17,794 bases of DNA, from NCBI GenBank assembly GCA_040260805.1, contig JBDQPD010000069.1, forward strand, positions 1 through 17,794, read 5' to 3'. Below the pieces are notes generated by a model. The model was not told where the DNA came from, did not search any database, and saw nothing but the letters and a program-made list of their open reading frames with translations. The position numbers were made by a program, and so were the translations under genes. This DNA is from Myxococcota bacterium. Lineage in GTDB: Bacteria > Myxococcota > UBA4151. Shown here piece by piece: positions 7,293 to 15,831 of this stretch; within the stretch, counting starts at the first letter, position 1, and each line of letters opens with the position of its first letter.

Positions 7293-8177
7293 CTAGTCCT
7301 GTGAGCAAGCCAGCAACTCAACTGCGCGTGCGTAGACCGCTCTTTGGTCGGCTCGCGCGGCTAAAAGTTTGGCCACTGCTTTGGGTCGATGGCCCTGCGC
7401 TAACAAGTCAGAAATCGCTTGATCAAGCGCTTCGCCTGAAAGGCTCCCGAGCTCGGCAGGAGGTCCCACGACGACCACCATCTCGCCGCGAGCGGGCACT
7501 TCTGGCGGCGCCCCTAACTCGCCGCGATGAAGCGTCTCGTGCTTTTTGGTGAGCTCCCTCGCCACCACGACCGAACGCTCACCCAATAACTCGTGCAGAT
7601 GAGACAGCAACGCGCCCACCCGATTGGGCGACTCAAAGAAGACCAGACTAGCAGGGACTCGAGCGAAGGGCGCAAGCTGCTCCGCTAGACGCCCTTTTTT
7701 ACGTTGGGCGAATCCCATAAAGACCGACGGCGACACCGACAAACCCGAGGCGACCAAGGCGCTCAATCCTGCCGAGGCGCCAGGCACCGTCAATACGCTC
7801 AGACCGGCAGCCGTGACCTCATGGACCAAACGGGCGCCTGGATCGCTGAGTAAGGGCATCCCTGCATCGCTGACCAAACCGACCGACTCGCCACGGTGCA
7901 GCGCCTCTAAGACCCGCTCGACCCGCTGAGTTTCGTTGTGTTCATTCAGGCTCACCAAAGGCCGCGCAAGCTCGAGAGCCGAGAGCAGCTTGGCGCTCAC
8001 CCGAGTGTCCTCGCAGTAGAGATGATCCACTTCGGCAAGGCAGCGAGCAGCGCGCAAGGTCAGGTCGGCAAGATTTCCAATCGGCGTAGCGATCAGGTGC
8101 AAGGCGCCTGGCACGGGCGCGGCACCCGGGCGCTGGCTCAGTCCCCACAGGGCCTCCACATTCAACTCGGCCGCCAT
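7293..8177 (-). CDS. rsmI: 16S rRNA (cytidine1402-2'-O)-methyltransferase RsmI
   Basis: Motifs ATPIGNL.D.T.RA, CEDTR, VSDAGMP.LSDPG, FFESP.R and ARELTK.HE. Start ATG 8177 with a GGAGG SD. Confidence 0.95.
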   Translation of the reverse strand: MAAELNVEALWGLSQRPGAAPVPGALHLIATPIGNLADLTLRAARCLAEVDHLYCEDTRVSAKLLSALELARPLVSLNEHNETQRVERVLEALHRGESVGLVSDAGMPLLSDPGARLVHEVTAAGLSVLTVPGASAGLSALVASGLSVSPSVFMGFAQRKKGRLAEQLAPFARVPASLVFFESPNRVGALLSHLHELLGERSVVVARELTKKHETLHRGELGAPPEVPARGEMVVVVGPPAELGSLSGEALDQAISDLLAQGHRPKAVAKLLAARADQRAVYARAVELLACSQD

Positions 8178-9073
8178 GCGTCCTCCAACCACTCAAGCTC
8201 TTCACCCTTTGAGGCGACGACGTCAAAACGAACGAACCGATCCTCGAGACGGCAGCGGTACAAAAGCTCGGCGGTCGCTCGCTGGATGCTGTTCCATTTG
8301 GATCGACTGACCAGCGTCTCAAGAGGGTCCACTGAGTCCTTCCGACTGCGCACCTCAACGACCACCAACTCTAGCCCGTTATCGGCGACAATATCGAGTT
8401 CACCTCGGCGCCCGCTCCAATTCCGAGCCACGATATTGAGCCCCTTGGATTCGAGCAATGCGACCGCTCGGTCCTCCGCATCGCGACCGCGTTGATGCCG
8501 CCCGTGCACCACAGCTTTGCGCACCGGCGCAAAGCTCAACCGATGCTCTAAACAGGGGCCGTGATTGGCTAACGCTGCCAGGTGCTTTGGGGTTCCGTAG
8601 CCCGCATTGTGTTCGAATCCGTAGTGCCGGTAGCGCCCAGCTAAATTCGCCATCTCAGCATCGCGCGCCTCTTTAGCGATGATCGATGCTGCACCGATGC
8701 ACGGCACCTTAGCGTCTCCCTTGATCACGGTCGTGACGGGACACTTCAGGCCAGGGTCAGCGTTGCCGTCCACCCACGCGTGCTCGGTCGATGCGCCGGT
8801 CGCGAGTTCGAGCGCAGCGACAGCCCGACGCATCGCCTCAAAAGTGGCCTGAAGGATATTGAGCGCGTCCACTTCCCCAGCGTCGCAACGCCCGAGGGCA
8901 TAGGGCACGCCTCGCTGCTCGAGCGCTTGAATGAACGCTTGTCTTTTGGTTGCGTTGAGGGCTTTCGAGTCGGCCCATGCCATGGCGGCGAGTTGTGGGT
9001 CATCGACTACAGCACAGGCGACGACGGGCCCAGCGAGTGGACCGCGTCCCACCTCGTCAATTCCAACGATCAA
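8162..9073 (-). CDS. rnhB: Ribonuclease HII fused in frame to a YraN (UPF0102) nuclease domain
   Basis: The first ~189 aa carry GIDEVGRGPLAGPV, DSK, VDGN, KGDAK, AASIIAK and HRLSF. The last ~114 aa carry G..AE..A...L...G, ARNW, GELDIVA, VEVRSR and RFDVV. TTG start overlaps the upstream stop (TTGA). Confidence 0.92.
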   Translation of the reverse strand: MIVGIDEVGRGPLAGPVVACAVVDDPQLAAMAWADSKALNATKRQAFIQALEQRGVPYALGRCDAGEVDALNILQATFEAMRRAVAALELATGASTEHAWVDGNADPGLKCPVTTVIKGDAKVPCIGAASIIAKEARDAEMANLAGRYRHYGFEHNAGYGTPKHLAALANHGPCLEHRLSFAPVRKAVVHGRHQRGRDAEDRAVALLESKGLNIVARNWSGRRGELDIVADNGLELVVVEVRSRKDSVDPLETLVSRSKWNSIQRATAELLYRCRLEDRFVRFDVVASKGEELEWLEDAWRPS

Positions 9074-10836
9074 GGCGTCGCAGCGTAAACCGAAACGCTC
9101 AGCCCGGTGGCTCCAGAGTTCGTCGGCTCTTCCTCTTCGCCGCGGGTTGCGCCCAAGCCGCCTTCACCGCCTGGTCCGAGCTCAAAGATGCACGTCGTCA
9201 CTTGACCTTGAGAGCCATCGGCTAACCACACGCCAACGCTCGGACCGCCGCCGCCGCCGCCGCCTGAGCCGCCCAAGCCGCCGTCGCCGCCGTTACCGCC
9301 GGTGCCGCCTGCCCCTGAGTCACTGTAGCGAGCGCCACCGTTGCCTCCATCGCCACCAACACCGCCAACACCGCCGAGCGCCCCTGCCCCGCCGTGACCT
9401 CCGCCTAGCGTGGTAAAGGTCGACTGCGTCAGTTGCGGCGAACCCGCTATCACCAAAAGCGCCACCGAGGCCCCGCCGCCGGTCCCTGGACCACCGCCGG
9501 TTCCTCCGCAGCCGCCGCCGCCGCCGCCACCGGCAGCGCCGCCAAAGTTGTCACAGCGCAACCCTCGGCCGCCGCCGCCGCCGCCGCCGCCACCAGCGCC
9601 GCCGCCACCGGCTCCGCCAATGACGCCGATTGAGCCTGAAGCGATCTGATAGACCAACGCGTCGAAGCGACCGGCTTGCTGACCGGCATCACCAGCGGCG
9701 CCAGCGACGCCGGTCGAACCCACGCCGCCCTGACCGCCGCTGTTAAAGCCACTGCCTGCGCCGCCAGGACTTCCGCCTGCGCCGTTAGCGCCTTCTGGAG
9801 CGCCCTCAACCGGCTCACCCAGACCAGGGGCTCCATCACGGCCTGCGCCGCCGCCGTGACCAGGTCGACCGCCTGCCCCACCAGCAGCACCGCAAGGGCT
9901 AGACCCTCCAGTCCCAGCGTTCGGACGATCACAGTCGCTACAAAATCCAGAGGAGTCTTCGCAGCCTCGTTGACCGCCACCACCATTGAGACCAGTAGCC
10001 CCATCCAGACCGGGCCGACCATCCACACCATCGGTTCCCGCTCCAGCGCGCACGATCAGGTTGTGTCCGCGCAGGCCTTCACCATCGAGGATCACCAAAC
10101 CCAAGGCGCTGGCGCTCTGCCCGTCGCGCTCAACGGTTCGACTCTCCGTGCTCAGCTCTAAACCCTCAATCGTTACCCCTGCTCCGCCGCCAATAACCAG
10201 CGGACCGACGGTCTCACCAAAGGTGGCGCGCGCCTCAACGTCTCGGGTCCAGCGACCATCGTCGCGAAATCCACCGTGCAGACTAATACCGGCAGGCACT
10301 TCACCGATTCCGCTCAAGTCATAGGTGCCCTCAGCGATCACGATGGCGCGTCTAGAGCCGTTCGGGTCTGCCAGGCTCAAAGCGGCAGCGAAGCTTGCAA
10401 CGGGAGCATCTTGGAGCCCCTGCTCACCGTCGTCACCCCCTGGGCTGACGAAGATCAACTGACTCAAGAGCCCATCAAACCCGTCACAGTTCTCGTCGCG
10501 CCCCTCGCTGTCGATAGGATCCAAAGGATCAGTAATCGAGCATTGGTATTCGCAGCCGTCCGAGGCGTCGTTGTTGAGATCGACGTAGCCCTCAAGGCAG
10601 GCATCTAAGCCGCACTCGCCCTCGGCGCACAGCGCATCGGCACCAAACAACACGCAACGGTTCCCACAGGATCCGCAGTTGTCCGGATCCGACTGCATGT
10701 TCTCTTCGCTGCAGGGGTCGCCTGCGTCCATCAGCGGCGCGGCGTCGACCAAAGGACCGCCATCGCCAGGACCGACGGGCTCGGCGTCGCTGCAACCTGC
10801 AGCCGCGCACAGCATGATCAGAGCAAAATATCGCAT
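9070..10836 (-). CDS. Glycine-rich (PE-PGRS-like) lipoprotein with Cys-rich N-terminal modules
   Basis: ATG 10836 with AAGGAG SD, signal MRYFALIMLCAAAGC. It has an SDPDNCGSCGNRC module, a DENCDGFDG motif, an FVSPGGDD...APVAS segment and ~300 aa of GG-rich sequence. Confidence 0.82.
   Translation of the reverse strand: MRYFALIMLCAAAGCSDAEPVGPGDGGPLVDAAPLMDAGDPCSEENMQSDPDNCGSCGNRCVLFGADALCAEGECGLDACLEGYVDLNNDASDGCEYQCSITDPLDPIDSEGRDENCDGFDGLLSQLIFVSPGGDDGEQGLQDAPVASFAAALSLADPNGSRRAIVIAEGTYDLSGIGEVPAGISLHGGFRDDGRWTRDVEARATFGETVGPLVIGGGAGVTIEGLELSTESRTVERDGQSASALGLVILDGEGLRGHNLIVRAGAGTDGVDGRPGLDGATGLNGGGGQRGCEDSSGFCSDCDRPNAGTGGSSPCGAAGGAGGRPGHGGGAGRDGAPGLGEPVEGAPEGANGAGGSPGGAGSGFNSGGQGGVGSTGVAGAAGDAGQQAGRFDALVYQIASGSIGVIGGAGGGGAGGGGGGGGGRGLRCDNFGGAAGGGGGGGCGGTGGGPGTGGGASVALLVIAGSPQLTQSTFTTLGGGHGGAGALGGVGGVGGDGGNGGARYSDSGAGGTGGNGGDGGLGGSGGGGGGGPSVGVWLADGSQGQVTTCIFELGPGGEGGLGATRGEEEEPTNSGATGLSVSVYAATP
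9568..9591. repeat. (GCC)8 trinucleotide tract, read as GGC Gly codons on the minus strand; (GCC)6 tracts also at 9247-9264 and 9511-9528
   Basis: Read directly from the sequence. Confidence 0.85.
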
Positions 10837-12233
10837 CAACTGTTCTCCTTGGGTCCCTCAAGCACAGATTCTGCCCGAGCTTGGCGTTCCTCGCCAGGCC
10901 AGTTCATCTCACCTGAAACCTGCCATTCAGCAAATCGCTGTCGGGCAATCTCTAGCCGCCGCTCTTTCCGGCGCCGTTTCGGTAGGCGCTCTTTGAGCGG
11001 CGGAAAGAGACCCCAATGGACATTATTCGGCTCGTGCGCCGAACCGGAGGCTCGCATTGCGCCGCGCAGGTGACCCCAGAGGGCGCCCAGCGCTGTCTGC
11101 AGAGGTGGCGGCTGCCAACCCAGACCGTGGGAAGATCGTGCGAGCATGCGCGCCACCATGTGCCCGACGCTCAAGCTCTCAATATAACCCTCACAGCCCG
11201 TGATCTGTCCGGCGAGATGAACATGAGGAAAGGCCTTAAGCGCTAAACGGTCGTCGAGCACCTGCGGTGCGTCGACATAGGTGTTGCGGTGGATCACGCC
11301 CAGCCTCAGAAACTTCGCCTCGGACATTCCGGGCAAGGCTCGGAACACCTCGGTCTGAGCGCCCCAGGTCATACGGGTTTGAAAGCCCACCATATTATAG
11401 GCAGTGCGCGCCCTGTTTTCCGCCCGCATCTGGACCACAGCGTAAGGATCTTCACCGGTGCGAGGGTCCGGTAGACCGACCGGCTTCATCGCGCCAAAGC
11501 GTAGACTCTCCCGCCCACGCTCAGCGACGACCTCTAGCGGCAAGCAACCCTCAAAGTACTTAGGTTTTTCAAAGTGGTGCGGGGTCACCTTTGAACTACT
11601 TAGGATCGCATCGACAAAGGCTTCGTACCCCGGTTTATCCAAGGGAATATTGAGGTACTCGTCCCCGTCGCCCTTGCCGTAACGACTGAGCGCGTAGACC
11701 ACCGATCGGTCGATCGTTTCGGCGTCGATAATGGGAGCGATTGAGTCAAAGAATGCACAGCTCGGACCAAGCTCCGACTGCAAACGCTGAGCGAGCGCAT
11801 CGGCGGTCAGCGGGCCGGTGGCGATAATCCACGGATTGTCATCTCCGTCCCAGCCCTCAACACATTCCGAAACCACGCTGATGCCGTCCTCGGCGTCCAA
11901 AGCCTTTGCGACGCCTTCAGAGAACGCTTCGCGATCGACCGCTAGGGCGTCACCGGCTGGCACGCTGAAGTCTTTAGCTAAGCTGAGCAGTGGGCTGTCT
12001 AAACCTTCCAGCTCTTCTTTGATCAAGCCCACGGCGTTAAGCGGGTTTTTCGAGCGAAAACTATTGGAACAGACCAGCTCGGCTGGACCATCGAGTACCT
12101 GAGCAGGTGTCCTCGCTGTTGGCTTTTGCTCAAAGAGGCGTACCTGGAGACCGGCGCGAGCCAGCACCAAAGCCGCTTCGCTCCCGGCGAGACCCGCCCC
12201 GACTATATTCACCGTCTCGAATACTCGACTCAT
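10836..12233 (-). CDS. trmFO: Methylenetetrahydrofolate--tRNA-(uracil-5-)-methyltransferase TrmFO (Gid)
   Basis: Motifs GAGLAGSEAA, AELVCSNS, FEGCLP.E, FGAMKPVGL, YNMVGFQT, G.IHRNTY and AGQITG.EGY.ES. Confidence 0.95.
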   Translation of the reverse strand: MSRVFETVNIVGAGLAGSEAALVLARAGLQVRLFEQKPTARTPAQVLDGPAELVCSNSFRSKNPLNAVGLIKEELEGLDSPLLSLAKDFSVPAGDALAVDREAFSEGVAKALDAEDGISVVSECVEGWDGDDNPWIIATGPLTADALAQRLQSELGPSCAFFDSIAPIIDAETIDRSVVYALSRYGKGDGDEYLNIPLDKPGYEAFVDAILSSSKVTPHHFEKPKYFEGCLPLEVVAERGRESLRFGAMKPVGLPDPRTGEDPYAVVQMRAENRARTAYNMVGFQTRMTWGAQTEVFRALPGMSEAKFLRLGVIHRNTYVDAPQVLDDRLALKAFPHVHLAGQITGCEGYIESLSVGHMVARMLARSSHGLGWQPPPLQTALGALWGHLRGAMRASGSAHEPNNVHWGLFPPLKERLPKRRRKERRLEIARQRFAEWQVSGEMNWPGEERQARAESVLEGPKENS

Positions 12234-13135
12234 CTGTCCTTACTCCCAAAACACTCAAACTGACCTGCGCCCACTTTGCGTATCCAGCCCTCACATTCGA
12301 GTTCAAACAAATGCAAGAGTCGGTCGCCCAGACGATCGGGCGGCAACCGGCTCACCATGCCCTTCGCCTGCTCTAAGTCTTTCAGCAAGGCCAGCAAATG
12401 CGGATTGGCTGGACCTTCGCTCTGATGGATCGAACGACAGCCGTCGTTGCCAGGCGGATCACCCGAATCCCACCACGCCTCAACAGGTAACCCCATGCTT
12501 TGAGCAAAACGGACCGTATGCATGGAGCCACTGCGCGGCGCAGCATAGGCGACGACCAATCGGTCACAAAGGGCTGCAAGCAGCTGATTGCGCGCCACGT
12601 AACGCGCTCTTGCTCCGTGCCGGAGTAAGGCAGCGCACCAAATTGAACCGCTCGTCCCAAGAATAATCTGTTCTTGGATCTGTCCTTGCCCAGCCACTGG
12701 GGCTTCGATCCCAAAGGGAACCACGGCGACCGAGCCGAAGTCCCCAGCGCCCTCATGAGCCGCCTGATCGACACCGACGGCAGCCCCGCTCACCACCTGG
12801 GCTTGGCGCTGGGCGACGCAGGCTGCGTAGTGCTGAACTCGTTGACGTACCCTGATCGGCGCCGCGCGCGCTCCAACGATCCCCACGCGCTCGCCCTGCC
12901 ACGTAGGCTGCCCGAGCAACCAAGCGCCAACTGGAGGCGTGTTCAGTCGGCGCCAGCGTAACGGATAATCTGGGTCAGTGTGGAGTACGGGTCGGGCCCC
13001 ACGGCCCATCGCTTGACTAAAAATACGTCTAAACTGCTCTCGCCGGACAAACGACCATTGAGCAAATGCTTTCGCTGCGCGCTCGTCGCAAGACAGCTTC
13101 GTCTCGATCATTAATGCGCAACGCCACGGACCCAT
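12230..13135 (-). CDS. dprA: DNA-processing protein DprA (divergent)
   Basis: Motifs D.DYP......PP, IVGAR, VSGAAVGVDQAAH, RN.LLAAL, RSGSMHT and a C-terminal winged helix LFELECEGWI. Strong GGAGG SD before ATG 13135. Confidence 0.8.
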   Translation of the reverse strand: MGPWRCALMIETKLSCDERAAKAFAQWSFVRREQFRRIFSQAMGRGARPVLHTDPDYPLRWRRLNTPPVGAWLLGQPTWQGERVGIVGARAAPIRVRQRVQHYAACVAQRQAQVVSGAAVGVDQAAHEGAGDFGSVAVVPFGIEAPVAGQGQIQEQIILGTSGSIWCAALLRHGARARYVARNQLLAALCDRLVVAYAAPRSGSMHTVRFAQSMGLPVEAWWDSGDPPGNDGCRSIHQSEGPANPHLLALLKDLEQAKGMVSRLPPDRLGDRLLHLFELECEGWIRKVGAGQFECFGSKDR

Positions 13136-13157
13136 AAACTGCTCCCTCCGAAACCAT

Positions 13158-13178
13158 AGTGTACCGAGGGGTCTGACA
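13158..13178 (-). promoter_or_regulatory. Candidate internal promoter for dprA: TGTCAG-N9-TACACT
   Basis: TAnnnT hexamer (and an overlapping TATGGT) in the only sizeable (50-bp) gap of the gene run. No canonical -35. Confidence 0.3.
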
Positions 13179-13185
13179 GCTTAGT

Positions 13186-15831
13186 TTAGAGCAACTTTTT
13201 ACGGACCCTGATCAGCAACCTATGCGCCTCAATTGGCGTCGTGTGGTCTGGATCGGTTCGCCGAAGCAGCGCCTCAATCTCAGCGAGGTCGTCAGCGGCT
13301 TTAGCGTCCGCGGGACTGACACCGAACAGGTTCATCTGACCGGCGGAGCCGGGCTGAGGCGGCAAGAGCGTCGGGCGGTCCGAGCGGTCTCGTTCACGCA
13401 GCTCAAGCTGATGCAGGATCTCCTGACTGCGCCCGACCACGTCACTTGGCAAACCGGCAAGTCGAGCGACTTGAATGCCGTAGGATCGAGACGCTCCGCC
13501 CGGTTCAAGCTGCCGCAGAAAGTGGATCTCATGGTTCCATTCTCGAACCGCCAAGCGCATGTTGATGACCGTCTCTCGGGTTTCGGCAAGCTCGCACAGC
13601 TCGTGGTAATGCGTGGCGAAAAGACCCAGGCACCCGACCCTGTCGACGAGGTCCTCAGCGACAGCCCATGCTAAACTCAAGCCATCAAAGGTCGCCGTAC
13701 CTCGTCCGATTTCATCGAGAATCACTAAACTTTCAGCGGTGGCATGATGCAGAATGTTCGCGGTCTCGGTCATCTCAACCATAAAGGTCGAGCGACCTTG
13801 TGCGAGATCATCGCTGGCGCCGACACGGGTAAAGATCCGATCTCTTAGCGCAAGCTTCGCCGTACTCGCTGGCACAAAGCTACCGGCTTGAGCCAAGATC
13901 ACGGCGAGCGCAGCCTGGCGCATGACGGTACTTTTACCGCCCATGTTCGGACCGGTTAGAACGATCAAGCGCTCCGAGCCCGTCCCAATGCACAGATCGT
14001 TGGGGACAAAGGCTTCTGCGCTCAACTGCTCCACCACGGGGTGTCGACACGCCCGCAGATCGATCATCTGATCGGAGGCGTCGGTCAGCTCAGGGCGAAT
14101 GTAAGCGTCGGTGACCGCAAGCTGACCAAAGCTCTGCGCCAGATCGAGCTCCGACAAGCGGCCGGCGATCTCAAACAGCTGATCGACATGCTGCGATGCG
14201 CGGTCACGCAGAGCGGCGACGAGCTGTTCCTCGCGTTGGTCTGAGGCGTGCAAAGCCCGCTCGATTGCGTCAGCCAAGCTAGCCAGCTCATCGTCGATGA
14301 AACGCTCGCCCGTTGAGATCGTCTGCTTGCGCCGATAACGCTCCGGAGCTTTATCGAGATAGCGAGTAGAGACCTCGATAAAGTAACCAAAGACTTTGTT
14401 CTGTTTGACCTTGAGCGTCGGGATCCCGGTCTCTTGGCGTTGCCGCTCTTGAAACGCTGCGATCGCCTCGGCTCCATGGCGGGCCAGATTACGAGCGGCA
14501 TCGAGCTCCTCGTCGTAGCCAGGTGCGATGGAGTCGCTGTCGCCCCGCCGAACCGGCGGCCGCTCTTCAAGCGCACGATCCAAAAGCTGACCCAAGGCGA
14601 GCAATCCATCGCCCTGCGCCTCGCCCGCCACCAATCGCCACACCTCAGAGAACCAGGTCCCAAGGATCGGGTCTGGGCTCAAGCGCTGAGCGAGACTGGG
14701 CATGGCGACTAAGCTGCTTGCTAGCTGTCGCAGTTGACGCGGGTTACCGCCACCGAGCGCCAAGCGAGAGGCGAGACGCTCGAGGTCAACAACCGCGTCT
14801 AGCTCGTCACGAACCTGAGCTCGGAGGTCATCGTTTTCGACCATGGCTTGGGTCCGGTTGAGTCGGTCCTCGATAATCTGTCGATCGCGAAGAGGCGCCC
14901 GCAACGCCTCAATCAACGCCCGCTTACCGCCCGCCGTGCAGGTCCTGTCCACCGCGTGAAAAAGGCTCCCGCGGCGTTCGCCCGAGAGCGTCGAAAAGAT
15001 CTCTAAGTTACGAAGGGTTGAGGCATCCAGATGCAGGCGGTCGACCCGCTCATAGTTTCGGAGCCTCGTGACGAACTCGATGGCGTCGGTGCGCGTGGCT
15101 TGAACGTAACGAGCCAAGGCCGCAGCGGCGGCTAATCGGTCTTTATGACCGGCGAGCCCAAAAGCGGCGAGATCTTTGACCCGCAAGAAGCCCTTGAGGT
15201 GACCGGGCGCGCCTCTGCGGGCGAACCAGCTCTTATCGAGCTCGACTTGAGCACCGTCAAAGGTCTGCGCGAGCTGCTCTTCGCCCTCAGGCAAGAGCAG
15301 CTCTCGCACCCCTAGCCTCCTGAGCTCTTCAACGCCTTCGGCTAAGGTGTCAAAGCTGGTGCAACGAAAGTCGGCGCTGCCTAAGTCCATCACCGCAAAA
15401 CCGCAGCGCTCCTTGCGTTTGGTCGGAGGGGCTAACGCCGCGATGAAGATAGGGTCCGGGTCGTCCTCGCGAATCACCGTCCCCGGCGTTTCAATTCGGG
15501 TCACGGCGCGCTTGACGATGCCCTTAGCTTGAGCCGGGTCCTCGACCTGATCGACCACCACCACCGGCAAGCCTTGATCGAGGGCTTGGTCGACGTAGCC
15601 TTCAAGAGCGTGATGCGGAACGCCCGCCATCGGGATCGCTTGACCCTGATGAACCTGCCGGGAGGTGCAGGTCAGACCTAAAAGCTTTCCAGCGCTGACT
15701 GCGTCGTCAAAGAACAGCTCAAAAAAGTCGCCCACCCGATAAAAGAGCAAGCCATTGGGGTGAAGATGTTTGGTCTCCACATAATGGCTCATCATCGGTG
15801 ACAGCCCTTCAGTGGTGGGCAAGCCGGTCAT
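13186..15831 (-). CDS. mutS: DNA mismatch repair protein MutS (MutS1)
   Basis: Mismatch-binding motif YRVGDFFELFF, TGPNMGGKST, STFMVEM, DEIGRGT, SYGIQVA and a QMNLF beta-clamp-like motif. Start is ATG 15831 or GTG 15834. Confidence 0.97.
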   Translation of the reverse strand: MTGLPTTEGLSPMMSHYVETKHLHPNGLLFYRVGDFFELFFDDAVSAGKLLGLTCTSRQVHQGQAIPMAGVPHHALEGYVDQALDQGLPVVVVDQVEDPAQAKGIVKRAVTRIETPGTVIREDDPDPIFIAALAPPTKRKERCGFAVMDLGSADFRCTSFDTLAEGVEELRRLGVRELLLPEGEEQLAQTFDGAQVELDKSWFARRGAPGHLKGFLRVKDLAAFGLAGHKDRLAAAAALARYVQATRTDAIEFVTRLRNYERVDRLHLDASTLRNLEIFSTLSGERRGSLFHAVDRTCTAGGKRALIEALRAPLRDRQIIEDRLNRTQAMVENDDLRAQVRDELDAVVDLERLASRLALGGGNPRQLRQLASSLVAMPSLAQRLSPDPILGTWFSEVWRLVAGEAQGDGLLALGQLLDRALEERPPVRRGDSDSIAPGYDEELDAARNLARHGAEAIAAFQERQRQETGIPTLKVKQNKVFGYFIEVSTRYLDKAPERYRRKQTISTGERFIDDELASLADAIERALHASDQREEQLVAALRDRASQHVDQLFEIAGRLSELDLAQSFGQLAVTDAYIRPELTDASDQMIDLRACRHPVVEQLSAEAFVPNDLCIGTGSERLIVLTGPNMGGKSTVMRQAALAVILAQAGSFVPASTAKLALRDRIFTRVGASDDLAQGRSTFMVEMTETANILHHATAESLVILDEIGRGTATFDGLSLAWAVAEDLVDRVGCLGLFATHYHELCELAETRETVINMRLAVREWNHEIHFLRQLEPGGASRSYGIQVARLAGLPSDVVGRSQEILHQLELRERDRSDRPTLLPPQPGSAGQMNLFGVSPADAKAADDLAEIEALLRRTDPDHTTPIEAHRLLIRVRKKLL

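Noticed and set aside
8340..8370. YraN EVR instead of EVK as an inactivating change
   Set aside because: EVR is a common natural variant in YraN proteins.
9410..9649. Poly-Pro and poly-Ala ORFs
   Set aside because: Antisense or alternate-frame readings of the GGC tracts.
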